A stretch of DNA of 62,940 bases, counting the filler, from Octopus bimaculoides (lineage: Eukaryota): NCBI RefSeq assembly GCF_001194135.2. It is 4 parts of 4 records of this genome, joined end to end, with 100 filler letters (N's around TTAATTAATTAA, not from the genome) between each part and the next. Parts side by side here need not be neighbours in the genome. Positions count along the whole stretch, not along the records: positions 45,778 to 53,713 come from NC_068982.1; positions 53,814 to 62,940 come from NC_068994.1; 2 more parts are not named here. One strand, 5' to 3'. Position numbers and translations under genes: made by a program. This document shows positions 50,425-62,940 of this stretch, one piece after another. Position 1 is the stretch's first letter; each line of letters begins with the position of its first letter. The notes beneath the pieces were generated by a model. The model searched no databases. It saw nothing but the letters and a program-made list of their open reading frames with translations, and was not told the DNA's origin.

Positions 50425-50630
50425 CAGTGAACTGGCAGAATTGCTAGCATGCCAGACAAGAACGCTTAGCAACATCTTGTCTGTCTACATTTTGGGTTCA
50501 AATTCTGCTGAGGTTGACTAGGAGATTTTTTTGAGGCCAATGAAATAAGTACCAGTTGAGCACTGGATTCAATATAATTGACTAGGACCCTCCTGCGAAA
50601 TTTTAAGTCTTGTGCCTATAGTAGAAAGCC

Positions 50631-50668
<38 letters not shown>

Positions 50669-50890
50669 TAGATTTAAGGTGACAAGCTGGCAGAATCATT
50701 AGCATGCCGGGTGAAATGCTTAGTGGTATTTTGTCTGCCATTACGTTCTGAGTTCAAATTCTACTGAGGTTGACTTTTGCCTTTCATCCTTTCGGGGTTG
50801 ATAAAATAAGTACCAGTTGAACACTAGGGTTGATGTAATCAACTTAACCCCTTTCCCAAAACTCCTCCCCTTGTGACAAAATTTGAAACC
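50425..50890 (+). mobile_element. Two SINE family A copies separated by (TTA)n
   Basis: Heads at about 50425 and 50672; both carry GAGGTTGACT and AAATAAGTACCAGTTGA. Confidence 0.8.
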
Positions 50891-51319
50891 ATTATTTAGT
50901 AGCCTTATTTTTATCACATGCTTTCACTGCATTACCGAGCACAGTTCTGTGCTGTGGTTTGTTGCGGTGCTCTTATTTTTACTGTATTGAAAGTTTTTTA
51001 TGTAGCATCTGTGCAGTGCCTAGTAGTGCTATTTTCCGTATGTTATATATACTTGCTAGTCCTAGTGTTTTTGTTATGCATTTGTGTGAATATTTTTTAT
51101 CATACTTAATGTGCCTACTATAATAGAAATTGTTTCTGTTTTTAGGCTCCACATTCGAGTTATTTCTATTTCCAGATCTTGGTATTTTGAAAACTTCTCT
51201 GTTTCTTGTAGAGAAATATTCTTATCTGTTGGTATTGATACATTGATTAAAAAGCATTTTTTTCATGGTGATCTCTGACATTTATATCTGGCCTATTGGC
51301 CTTAATTTCTGTATCTGTG

Positions 51320-52990
51320 TGCATTGGGATATCAAGGATTCCCACTCTCATCTCTTCTGTACTTACTGGCTCTTAAACCATTGCTGTGGAAGTTGGATGT
51401 TTTGAGGGACACCTCATGTGATCTAGGATGCGGAAGGTTTGTGTTGTCTTATGCGGATGATGTCACCGTAATAGTGTTGGACATCTTGGAAATTGAGGTG
51501 GTCAGCACTGCTCCAAGAGAGTATGAAGCAGTAACAAGAGCAAAGATCAACCAGAAGTCAGTGGGCCTGTAGCTCGGCACCTGGAGAGGCAGGTCCATGC
51601 TAAATGACAGCATTGTTGAGTGCTGGATGGAAGGATCGGTTTTATTGCTTGGGATCTGGTTTGGTCCAGACCTCCAGGTGGACAAGAACTGGGGAGAGGT
51701 GACAAGCAGGGTAGCCAATCTCACCCAGAAATGGGCAGAGAGGAAGCTGTCCCTAAAGGGTCTGGCAGAGGTGGCGAATGCATGCATTGCTTCCATCATC
51801 TATGATCACCTGACCATCGTCCCTTGCTCCACTTTGTGTCTGATAAAGTTGGAGCACTTGTTCTTCCACTTTCTATGGAAGGGACGTGTTCTGCTCACCA
51901 GACGGTCCATCTGCTGTCAACAGCCACTGAGGAGAAGGCTGGGCATGCCATGGCTAATGATGCACAGGCATGCATTTTGGCTGCAACATTTCCAGCATTT
52001 TCTTAATGGTGAGCAGGTGTGGTTGCCGTTTGTCAAAAAGGACTCTCCTCAGCTCATCTCATTGATGGAGTTACAGTCCTGGGTCAAGCGAATACCAAGA
52101 AAAGGCACTTGGTACCTAGAGTATCAGCAAGCGCTTATGGCCTTCTGTCAGTCGGGCAACGTGGTTGGTGGAAGTTCCACCATAGAGTTCTATAGAGGAT
52201 TAGTAGAGAGAAAGAGCGACAACGTATCTGGGGAAACACTGGCTGTCGAGATGGATCAACTAACTGGTCTTTTCTGGAAGACTTACAGGCCAGGGCATAT
52301 GTATAACTTCCAGAAATCCCTTGTCTGGCAGTGCTACAGAGGAGGTCAGCCAGTTCTAGACAAGCTCTACCAACATGGAAGTGCTGTCAGACGGACCTGT
52401 CTGAGGTGTGCGCAGGGCGATGAAACTGTCCTGCATGCACTTGTCTGGTGTCCATGCATTAATGATACTGACCTGTAGAGCTCTGTCAAACAGCTGTTGT
52501 CATGTGTAGGATGAATCCGGTTATCTGCAGAGTCCTTTGTAAGGATTGTCCCACCGCCTTCTTTTGGCTGGGAGGGAAAGGCAGTTTTCCTCTGCCTGGT
52601 GGCTATAGTAAAAGTGGTGGTGTAGTGGACGAGGTTGAAAGGATTGAAGACAAACACTTTCCTCTTTGGCTGAGCCCTCATTGACTTTTTCAGTTTCCAC
52701 TTGAAAAGGAAAGTGAGGGTAGAGATGGAAGTACTGCCCCTCATTAAGTTTACAGAAAGGTGGGTGAATGTTGTGAAAATGGCTCGTGTGAATGGGCCTA
52801 CTCTGAATATTTGTCTGTAAGCTGGAGCAGCTGAGGGGAAGAAGGGTTTGTATTTGGCGTGCCCTTGGCAGTCAGGGTGACCAGAATGTGTGAGGTGTCC
52901 TGGCTGGAACTCCCCGCTATTGGGGCAATTTGTTGTTTAATTTTTTTGTTAAGTGTTTTTGTTTTTTTATTGATTACACGTTTTCTGTTT
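51320..52990 (+). mobile_element. Tx1/L1-clade LINE ORF2 3' half (RT + C-terminal CCHC) and 3' UTR
   Basis: QGFPLSSLLYLLAL..SYADDVTV, LLGIWFGPDL, KLSLKG, CLRCAQGDETVLHALVWCP. Confidence 0.9.
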
Positions 52991-53352
52991 TTGTTATAGC
53001 CTTGTGCTTCCAATATCGTAGTCTGGTTGATATTGTTGATATATAGAGAATAGTCTATAACAGTGTTTATAACAATACAAAATAGAAACAGCAGCAGTAA
53101 AACAAATACATAGTGAACCAACAATCATTTATGAACCAACAATCAATATTTCCAACACACTAATTCGAACTGTAAACTGTACTTGGACTTTGAAGACCAA
53201 ACTACGAACTGCCGACTATATCAGACTGCAACTATGTATATGTAGTGATACCATCTATTCTCATCAGAAGGTGTCGTGCTCTCGCCATAACAGTCTTAAA
53301 CCCTACTTGTCCCTTGGTTTGTAGTGTCCCTAATTGTTTGTTTGGCCCTTTG

Positions 53353-53353
<1 letters not shown>

Positions 53354-53390
<37 letters not shown>

Positions 53391-53713
53391 TTATGTTTAA
53401 CTTTTGTTTTGCATTTGTACAAGTTGAATCCAAGTCTCACCCAGAGACCTCAAGAGACAACAAGTTAGAAGTTCATGTAGGTGTTATGCCTAGGGTACCA
53501 TATATTTGGATTTGTACAGTTTTGTTCAAGTGAATGTTTAAGAAACCATAAGAAAATTATGTGTTTGCTTTAAAATTTGAGATCACATAGACAGTATTTT
53601 ACGTAGGATATGAGTAGTTCCCATGAGCACTATCTTTTGAACTTCAGCCATTTTGGGGTTTCCTGGTATCTGAGCTAGGTAGTAATCAGCCCGTTTCGCT
53701 GTCATTCCCAAGG
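53354..53713 (-). mobile_element. R4/Dong LINE 3' end with (TAA)n tail, cut by scaffold join
   Basis: Minus strand LGMTAKRADYYLAQIPGNPKMAEVQKIVLMGTTHILRKILSM*, homologous to the end of 32020-33255. Confidence 0.85.
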
Positions 53714-53813
53714 NNNNNNNNNNNNNNNNNNNNNNNNNNNNNNNNNNNNNNNNNNNNTTAATTAATTAANNNNNNNNNNNNNNNNNNNNNNNNNNNNNNN
53801 NNNNNNNNNNNNN
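53714..53813. other. Artificial scaffold join
   Basis: 44 N + TTAATTAATTAA + 44 N. Confidence 0.95.
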
Positions 53814-53855
<42 letters not shown>

Positions 53856-53869
53856 TGCTTGTCATAAAT

Positions 53870-54240
53870 TGACATTGACTGTTCTTGCTCAGTAATCATC
53901 TCTGGCAGGCTTGCATGTGGGCTACAAGGCCTGCTCGTAACCTGCAGCAACAATGACCTGCTGCAGGTAAAGCTACTCCATACAACAGAGAAGTGAGGCC
54001 TCTAATGTGCTCTTTTGTATCTCTCCATTGTGTCTTCTCAATGGCTGGAACTATGAGCTTCAGTGATTGGGTGCTGGGCCTTCTCCTCCTAGGTGTCAGG
54101 AGAGGTGCTGGAGTTCTTCATATGTCTCTTAAGCACATCCTTGTATCACAACCTTTGGCCACCATGGTTCGGCATAGAAAACTGACTTTAGGAGCCTGCT
54201 GCCCTCCATCCTGCAGACATCTCCTGCACACACCCACAAG
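53870..54240 (-). mobile_element. RTE-BovB-like LINE C-terminal remnant
   Basis: Fragments MEGSRLLKSVFYAE, YKDVLKRHMKNS and a terminal C..C..GLVAHM.AC-like finger. Confidence 0.65.
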
Positions 54241-54334
54241 TAATCACATAAGTGCAAACACAAGGCAGAAAAAATAGCACTTGAACACCAAAGGTAGAGT
54301 AAAATACTATTTTATTAAAGCTGTAAAAACTTCA

Positions 54335-54378
54335 AAACTATTACTCAGAGTTTCACATGACTGTTCATCAGACAGTTA
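54335..54378 (-). ncRNA. Minimal type I hammerhead ribozyme (intact core) in a ~165-bp repeat (54309-54471)
   Basis: Minus strand AACTGT-CTGATGA-ACA GTCA TGT-GAAA-CTC T GAG-TA-ATAGTT: stems I, II and III, both core boxes and a GUA cleavage triplet are present. Confidence 0.75.
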
Positions 54379-55059
54379 TGATAATATGGAAAAATGAAAT
54401 TGAATAAATTGTGAGTATAATCTTTAGTGGATACTAGTTCAATGAATAAGCATTTAAATCTGATTGGGTAACTCTACTGAATGTTGTCTTGGATATATCA
54501 CAACATTATATTTTATATACATGTAATGTTAAATCATCTCTTCACCCCTCCCTCTACCTTTTCACTTTAATAATTATTTCCCTAGTCTTTCTTTCCCTCT
54601 TCTCAACTTTTCTTTCTCTTTCTTCTTTTCTACTCTCTTTGTTTTCTTTTCTTTCCTTCATGTTTTCATTTCCTTTTCTTATTAGTGTATTTTCATTTGT
54701 TTACCTATATTAATTGAAATTAACATAGGTAAACAAATAAAAATACACCATGATGTTTAATCTTTAACTTTAGTTATATGAAACTCTCAGGGAAGTTGAA
54801 CAGCATAAGGTCTTCTGAGACAAAACATGCCTCAGGCTCTTCTGCTGACAATTTTTAGCCACTTGGATATCAGAGGCTTATTGTGCATTTAAACCATATA
54901 GAGATTTGACAAGATCTTGCTGGAACTCTTCTGTGTTGCCTCTGCTTTCAATCTTATCTTTCTTGAGTTTAGAAATAACGTTGGTATTCATGGCAATGGT
55001 GAAATGTCAACAATGTCAATGCTGCTATCAACACTATCATAACAACTCACTGAGAATTA

Positions 55060-55350
55060 CTTCCTTAGCATATGTTAAAATACACACATATTGCCCTCAA
55101 CGGTATGGAGGTCGTTTTTGTCCCTCCTCAACCAGATCCAGCTGAAACATCTCTCCACTGCCACTAATATTACCTTTAGTGTTTTGGTCCTGTTCTTTCT
55201 GGAAGCTGAGAGTTGCTTCATGAGATTATAAGCAGATTTGCCCACAAAACCTCTAGCTCCAACCTCTATAGTGAGAACTTTGACCCGGAAGCTGGTTTCC
55301 TTTAGGCTATGAGCCAAACTGTCATATTTTTCAGTCTTGAACATGATGTG
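55060..55350 (-). mobile_element. HERO/NeSL-like (R2 superfamily) LINE 3' end, RLE domain C-terminus
   Basis: KTEKYDSLAHSL..VLTIEVGARGFVGKS..VERCFSWIWLRR. Confidence 0.7.
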
Positions 55351-55863
55351 TACTTCTATTCTATTTTAAAATGGTGTGGTGAGTTCAATCAAAATTGGCT
55401 GCTTTGATAAACTGGAATTGAGTACAATATCCAGCATCAAGCCTCTTGATGATTTCTGGTTGTTTTCTTGATCTTGGGAGGTCTGCTGTGCACTCCCAGT
55501 CATCCATACCACCCAGAGGACTCCACTCCTATGCCCAAAATGACATGGCTGTTCCTGGCCATAATTTGCTGCCTCCTATCATGTAGAATGTTGTTAGAGA
55601 TTCTGGTAATATGGATTTTAACTTTACCATACTTAATCACAGGTACAAACTCCTTAAGCACATTTTGGGCGATTTACTGGTATTATATTCCTTTTTATCA
55701 TTTGCAATTCCTATTTTTTGACATAGTCTATCTTATTTTGTATATTTTTTCACTTGCTTTTACTCTAAGTTTTGCAATTAAATTATTGTTTATATTCATT
55801 TGCTTGCAATGGTCAACCGCCACTTGCAGCCATTTATACTCTATTGTTGTTTTTTTTTATTAT

Positions 55864-56033
55864 TTACCCAATCAGATTTAAATGCTTATTCATTGAACTG
55901 GTGGTATCCAAAAGAGTATATATACTCACTACTTATAAAATTTCATTAGTCTGTATTATCACAACAGTCTGATGAATGGTCATGTAAAACTCTGAGTAAC
56001 AGTTTGTGATGTTTACTTTGGCTTTAATAAAAT
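55864..56033 (+). mobile_element. Second, inverted copy of the hammerhead-bearing repeat (G12 mutated, 55963-56004)
   Basis: TTACCCAATCAGATTTAAATGCTTATTCATTGAACT..CTGATGA ATG GTCA TGT AAAA CTCTGAG TA ACAGTT..GCTTTAATAAAAT matches the reverse complement of 54309-54471. Confidence 0.8.
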
Positions 56034-56419
56034 GATGTGTCTGTGTGTGTGTGCATATGCATGTATATGCATGCATATGTGTGTGTATATATATATATAT
56101 ATGCATGTATATTGATTGAGACAGGTATGGAAATTTACATTCATGATTTTAAGTTTCCGTATCAACAATTCACTGGTCATTGCACACACTCAGCTGTGTA
56201 GCAATCATCGAGTTGTTGGCATAGAAACTTAAAGTCCTGAATCCAACTCTCCATAACTGTATCAATCAATAAATATAGTCCTCATTTCCTAATGATATTG
56301 AAACATACTCCTTCTGTCATCACATCATATGTTTATATGTAAACATATACACACACGCACACATACATATATATATATATATATATAGCTGAAATTTATG
56401 GAAAAACAAGAGATGAAGA

Positions 56420-57790
56420 CAGGTATATGAACGCTAAGCAAGTGTATTAGTTTAATACTTGGGAAAAACGAGAAAGTCTTTTACGTTTCAAGCCTACACT
56501 CTTCAACAGAAAGGAATAGGAGGAAATAAACAGAGAGAATGAAAAAAAGTTGTAGATTTCAGCAATCCAACATGGCAAATGATTGGAGAAAAGGTTGAAA
56601 GAAAGGGAGATAATAATAAAAAAAGAGGTTGAATGAAAGGGAGATAATAAAGTGCTCGTGATCCCAACAAGAGAAGGTGTGTGTGCTAGTGTGTGTGTAT
56701 GTGAGAATGGTGTGTGAGTGTGTTAGTGTGTGTGTGAGTGTGTTAGTGTGTGTGTGTGAATTGGGGTGAGAGACTTTGACAGAGTCTCTCTGACACTCTG
56801 AGTGTGTGTGTGTGTGACCAAACAGTGTGCATGTGTATGGTGTATATATGTGGGTGAAAGTTATCTTTGTCTATGTATGTTGTATGTGTTAATGCATGTT
56901 ATGTGTGTATGTATATATATATATATAGCCTGTGTTCAAGTATTATGTGTTCATGAGGTGTGGGAGTATATATTGTTTGTGTTCAGGTATTATGTGCTTG
57001 TGTAGGTGTGGGATTATGCATGATAGTGTGTGGTGTGTGTACTGAGTTAAACAGTGTGGCTGCTCACATAGTGGTATGTGTGGTGACACTACTGAAGACT
57101 GTGTGTGGATGTTTGGATGATGGTGTTTGGTGTGGGTGCTGGGAAGTGAACAGTGCTAGTGTGTGTGGAGTGGTGTGGGGTTGGTATCAAATGAAGAGAT
57201 GAGGTGAGTTGAGCTCATGTGACACAAAGGAGTGAAGAGAGAAGATTAATTCCTGTTCACAATGAAGGCGGGAGTCCAGATGGCCCCTGTGCAAAAACAT
57301 TACTAGAAGTGCAGGTAAAGGAGTTGGTGATGTGATAGGGATGCTGATGGGTTCCTGTGAGGATGGTGGTGTTGGAGAGGCAGGAGCAGGTGCAACAGCA
57401 TGGGTAGGAGCAGAGGAACAAACTAAAGTGTGAGGTGGGGTTAAGGAAAAAACTGTGAACCAGGTCACGCAGGTTATGGACTCATTTGAAGGAGGGAAGG
57501 GGTAAGTTAGGGAAGATGCGAGAAGTGAAGGGGTTGGACTGGAGTTGCCGGAAGACTCAGAGAATGATGCATTGGAGGGGTGGTAGCTGAGGAAAAATGG
57601 GAGATGGGCAACAGTGGGACGGGTGCAATTATTTAAAGATAGTTGGAGAGTTCTTACATATGGCCAAATGCTTCCAGTCAGCCACCCCCATCTCATGCAC
57701 TGTGCCAATATATTATCAGTCTTTTGTCGACAACGCTTAGGAAGTCCAAGGGAGATAACTATATGTGACCTCTAAATGAGAGATGGCAAC
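56420..57790 (-). mobile_element. Penelope-like element 3' end (degenerate GIY-YIG C-terminus, 3' UTR, hammerhead-like motif at 56476-56515)
   Basis: ORF 57187-57708 ends HRGHLDSRLHCEQELIFSLHSFVSHELN (PLE R..EQ.LIF.L....GLN). Downstream is CTGTTGA-AGAGTGTAGGCTT-GAAACGTA. Confidence 0.65.
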
Positions 57791-58561
57791 ATTCCAGTTA
57801 AAAACTTAATTACTTTTAAATTCATTATTTTGAATTGAAAAGTTTTCACATGAAATTCTGAGTATTAAATGTCTCAACAAATTATGTGTAACAGTTTAAT
57901 ATTCAGTGTATCGTCAACAGTATTTCAAAATAAAAGCATGAGTTAACATAAGAAGTTACAATTTAATTCAGTTTAAAACAATATTTTTTGTGAAAGTTCT
58001 ATAACAAACCATGGTGAAAATTGTCTCAGTGAGCATATCAAAATATAACATATACCAGTTGATATATTTCTCAAAAATTCAGTTATCGAAATGCTCCTGA
58101 AAATAATTTCTGAGCGAATAAAGAGAATGTTTCAAAGAATTCTTGATGTGATAATCTTTTAACATTGTAAATATCTATTAGATTTCAAAAATGGTTTCTT
58201 CTAATTTATCGAAAAGGGCCTATATTTAAGGGAAGGTAAAATGGTAACTGTAGAATAACTGAAAAGACTGCAACCAAGAATTAAATTATAATTTATTTTT
58301 GTTCTATGATAATATGTTTAGCAGAAATATACTAAACCCTTTAATATAATTGAACCAAAAATAGAGACTCTATGTGGAAGTTAGAAATAACAGTTAAACC
58401 TTCCTTCAATCACATTCTACTATCTTAAGAAAAGGAGGAGAGATTGGACAAAGTAGTTGCTGATACAGGAAAAAAAAACCCAAAAAAAATACAGGATGAT
58501 TATGGTTAGTAAGACTTTGATCATAAATTTGCACGATCAGGGATTACACTTTTCTTTTCTT

Positions 58562-58765
58562 TTTTTATTTGTTTCAGTCATTTGACTGCAGCCATGCTGG
58601 AGCACCGCCTTAATCAGACAAATCGACCCCAGGACTTATTCTTTGTAAGCCTAGTACTTATCCTATCGGTCTCTGTTGCCGAACTGCTAAGTTACAGAGA
58701 CGTAAACACACCAGCATCGGTTGTCAAGCGATGCTGGGGGGACAAACATAGACACACAAATATAC

Positions 58766-58804
<39 letters not shown>

Positions 58805-58960
58805 CGACAACCTTCTTTCAGTTTCCGTCTACCAAATCCACTCACAAAGCTTTGGTCGGCCCAAGGCTATAGTAGAAGACACTTGCCTAATGTGACACGC
58901 AGTGGGGCTGAACTTGGGAGAATGTGGTTGGTAAGCAAGCTACTTACCACACAGCCCCAC
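58562..58960 (-). mobile_element. SINE family B, full length
   Basis: Reverse complement collinear with 31415-31815. Confidence 0.9.
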
Positions 58961-60664
58961 AATGACTTAAAAACAATTTTCTACAAAAATATTACTTTCA
59001 CTACCATGGCTGAATTGTAACAGGTTGCTCCCCTTTATCTAATAGTAAGAAAAACGGAAAAGGAATTTACAAAATCCCCATTGTTAATTTGTATCTTGTC
59101 ATTCCTCTTTTTGAGTCTGCCTAAGAGTAAAATCAACCCACAAACATTTAATCATATAATGATATAAAATAGCTTTAGTACACTTCTGTTGCAAAGTAGC
59201 TTCTCCATTAATGTTGTACTTAAATCTTTATTACTTAACACTGAGTCTCATACTGTGGTTATTTTAATTTTATCAAAATCAATATCTACTACTTCTACTA
59301 TTAAATATGTCATTCATTTAGTATTATTATGTTTAATATGGCTTGAAACATATAACCCATGAATAATAATTTTTTTATTTATTTACTTACTATTTCCTGA
59401 TTATTATGAAATACAGTGAAGTATGATATTTTATAGCCATCAAGCAAAGAAAAAATTTTTTTGACATGATACATTTTTTATTCATAACCTTATGGCTACA
59501 AAAGTCTCTTAATAAAAAGAAAATGAGATCGAAGTAAAGAAATAGAAGTAGGGTTCATACAGTGTTACACCCTACTCCTGTATTATTAACTAATCAGAAC
59601 AAATCTTTGACTTAATATTAACAAAAACCTTTTCAAATGAAAACAACCAAAAAAGTGTTTTCTTCATAGACAGTTAATAATTTAATGTTTGTGCTCGTGA
59701 CATAGTCACCCTATGTAAAAGTCAGTATGTGGTACTTCACTGAGAAAGAATATATTTCATTGCATTTTTTTTTATATATATTTCTACTGAATTTTGGTTT
59801 TCTTAAAATGTAGCTTACTGGACAAATTTTTCAAAAATTACTTCTAAATCGGAAACTGAAATAAATGCTAATTTCTATTTTCATTGGTAATCCTTCATAA
59901 AATTAATTCAAACTTCCTAACTTCAGAAGTTTCTCAGTTACCATAGTAGACACTAAACTTCCTTGCTTCAGTTATTTCTGAGACACTGAAGTATCAAATC
60001 AATCTTCGGAATGGAGGCTGATATATAAATAGTAGTGGTGCAAAATAACATGTGCAAACTTTGCAGCTATGTTGTTTTAAGTTCAATCCTTCTTCACGGC
60101 ACATAATACAATTGCTTTTTACAATAACCTCACGTTAATTTAAGCCTTGGGAGTCAAATTTAATTCACTGTTGACTTCACAGAAATCAATATCCCAAAAT
60201 TGGAAGACTCACTTTAAGATGGAAACAAGACTTCAAGGTCTATGGCCCAGTGCATAAAAATGTATTTAACTAGCTTCATAAAATATGCAAAATATCAGTT
60301 GGAATCAATTTCAACTGATATTTTAATATATATTTATTCAATGAAAGAATTTATAAGATTGCATGTTTCTTTTTTAGTAGAAATAGTTATAACCTGAGAG
60401 AACAGAACTTAAAATCATTGAAAATGACCCATGGTATAAGCTCCTTGTAATATCAAATTTATTTATGATGATATCGGATATCCACGTGGCAATAATGACA
60501 AAATATAAAGCTCTATATCTGACCTTGATAATGAGAATGATGAATAGTTATGGAAATGATGTGAAAAGCTTACATTTAGTATTTGAAATATTTTTATGAC
60601 CATAAAAATATTTTATGACTATACAAAGAGCTTAGTGGAAAAGGTTACAGATTAATAAGCAATA

Positions 60665-60900
60665 TCGCCATTATCATCATCATCATACTTTAATGTCTAT
60701 GTTCCATACTGGCATGGGTTGGGCTATTTGACAAGGATATAGTGAATCAAGAACTGCATTGTACTCCAGTGTCTGCTTTGGCATGGTTTCCATGGATGGA
60801 TACCCTTTCCAACACCAACCACTTTACAAGGTGTACTGGGTGCTTTTTTCCTGTTACTGGCACTATTAATGTCACCATATAGCTCACAAGTCAACAAACC
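60665..60900 (-). mobile_element. SINE family C / RTE 3' tail, old copy
   Basis: CATCATCATAC.TTTAATGTC..TTCCATACTGGCATGGGTT..GGATGGATACCCTTTCCAACACCAACCACTTTAC. Confidence 0.7.
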
Positions 60901-61500
60901 CAAGGAGGGATGTTAAATGGAGGTTAAAGTATGAGTAAAGAGATTGGAGTAGAGCATATTCTTGCTATAGAGGAGCTACATGGCTACTTACATTTAGGTG
61001 AGAGAGTGAGAATGAATTTAGAAGTAATCCAAGCAGGTAGGCAGTAGTGATGAGGTGTCCAGGTGGTACATCAGGTTGCAGTAGTGGATGGTAGGGAATG
61101 GGGGTCTGCAAGATTGTGTGAGGAAAGTGATAGGGAAATTTGGGAGAGGAAGGTGGGCAACATCTGTAAAGATTAAGGGGAGAGATGGCATGAGTTAAGG
61201 AGGCTGCAAGGATATTAACAGTATGGTAGTAATGATACTATTAACAGGAGAAGAAAAAGGGAGATGACATGTTTGGGTAGGCTGCAGGAGAGAAGTAGAT
61301 AGATTAAGAATAATACATAAGGAGAGATAATTTGATGGTCCAAGAAGGTGGGATGACCACTGTAATATGAGTGTGGAGAACAATATTAATAGCAAACGAG
61401 ATGATTCTGAGTAGCAAGTGAGAAAAGGGCTATCTATATGGTAGGGGAAGGAAGCTGCAGTAGACGATATTGTGCGTATGTAGGGGGAGTGGGGCAACAT
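60900..61500 (-). mobile_element. Probable CR1/L2-type endonuclease remnant
   Basis: Pyrimidine-rich minus strand. The translation around GPSNYLSL..STSLLQPTQT loosely resembles the APE YRPPG..GDFN region. Confidence 0.4.
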
Positions 61501-62356
61501 GAAACGGGGGTGATGGAGTGCGTATATGTGTGTGTGTGTATATGTNNNNNNNNNNNNNNNNNNNNNNNNNNNNNNNNNNNNNNNNNNNNNNNNNNNNNNN
61601 NNNNNNNNNNNNNNNNNNNNNNNNNNNNNNNNNNNNNNNNNNNNNNNNNNNNNNNNNNNNNNNNNNNNNNNNNNNNNNNNNNNNNNNNNNNNNNNNNNNN
61701 NNNNNNNNNNNNNNNNNNNNNNNNNNNNNNNNNNNNNNNNNNNNNNNNNNNNNNNNNNNNNNNNNNNNNNNNNNNNNNNNNNNNNNNNNNNNNNNNNNNN
61801 NNNNNNNNNNNNNNNNNNNNNNNNNNNNNNNNNNNNNNNNNNNNNNNNNNNNNNNNNNNNNNNNNNNNNNNNNNNNNNNNNNNNNNNNNNNNNNNNNNNN
61901 NNNNNNNNNNNNNNNNNNNNNNNNNNNNNNNNNNNNNNNNNNNNNNNNNNNNNNNNNNNNNNNNNNNNNNNNNNNNNNNNNNNNNNNNNNNNNNNNNNNN
62001 NNNNNNNNNNNNNNNNNNNNNNNNNNNNNNNNNNNNNNNNNNNNNNNNNNNNNNNNNNNNNNNNNNNNNNNNNNNNNNNNNNNNNNNNNNNNNNNNNNNN
62101 NNNNNNNNNNNNNNNNNNNNNNNNNNNNNNNNNNNNNNNNNNNNNNNNNNNNNNNNNNNNNNNNNNNNNNNNNNNNNNNNNNNNNNNNNNNNNNNNNNNN
62201 NNNNNNNNNNNNNNNNNNNNNNNNNNNNNNNNNNNNNNNNNNNNNNNNNNNNNNNNNNNNNNNNNNNNNNNNNNNNNNNNNNNNNNNNNNNNNNNNNNNN
62301 NNNNNNNNNNNNNNNNNNNNNNNNNNNNNNNTAAACGATGAGGATGATGATGATGA

Positions 62357-62390
<34 letters not shown>

Positions 62391-62940
62391 CAATGAAAAA
62401 AAGACAAGAAAATTCTTTAACACATCTTTAATTACAAGTTACAAATATTTCCATACCATCTCCATTTGCAACGCCAGTTTACTTGAAAATTTTTAAGAAG
62501 AAATTATATAATATTTATGGTTTTAGGTATTGAAGAGGCACTTCTGCAGACTTGCATCAAAATCATGCTATTACACTGTGCATCTATTGGGCATTGTTGT
62601 TAGGAAAGTACCAGGAGGAAATAAAAAAGAAAAATTAAAAGTGTGTGTGTGGGATGAGTCGATGGAGAAGATACTATGTGGGTGGGGGATCGAGGAGGTG
62701 GGTATGCATCATGATAGGATGGAAAAATGGAAGGAGGAGGAAAACGAAGAAACTATGACAAAAGAGAAGTAGAAGGAGGGGGAGAGAAAGAAAGAAAGAA
62801 AGAAAGAAAAGAAGAAGAAGAAAGAGGGGAAGAGGGAGGAGTAAATACAGTGAGCAGTGCTGCATATAGCAAAACAGTCTATGTACATATATATAAAAAT
62901 ATATATACATGTATATATATACACACACACACACACACAC

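Noticed and set aside
59940-60030. Possible minus-strand exon (TATATCAG|..ATG|GTAACT)
   Set aside because: Stops in all three frames and only moderate splice signals.

Overview
Repeat-dense, AT-rich animal genomic DNA. The SINE families, microsatellite mosaics and LINE repertoire point to an octopod cephalopod, most likely an Octopus assembly (inference). The window is not one contig: three identical 100-bp spacers (44 N + TTAATTAATTAA + 44 N at 25790-25889, 45678-45777, 53714-53813) join four scaffold pieces. Eight further N gaps are present (542-1206, 4403-5146, 6137-6502, 9975-10452, 19313-19989, 21710-22079, 41035-41044, 61546-62331). Only one host gene is convincing: an uninterrupted 583-aa minus-strand ORF (27932-29683) with a divergent TIR-like fold in which the usual catalytic Glu position is Gln. 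Most other recognisable sequence is retroelement debris: Penelope-like GIY-YIG remnants, minimal hammerhead ribozyme motifs, a Tx1/L1-type ORF1 standing alone, a Tx1 ORF2, RTE, CR1, R4/Dong and HERO-like LINE pieces, a Gypsy element with a very long tRNA-Trp primer site, a young solo-LTR-like insert and three SINE families. Leads most worth following: the TIR-like gene, the hammerhead-bearing repeat pair, a 1.2-kb minisatellite of STAT/ETS-type sites, the 32-nt PBS, a 620-bp fold-back of an unclassified repeat, and a CpG-retention switch near 26 kb. All alignments and counts were done by eye; no database searches were run.
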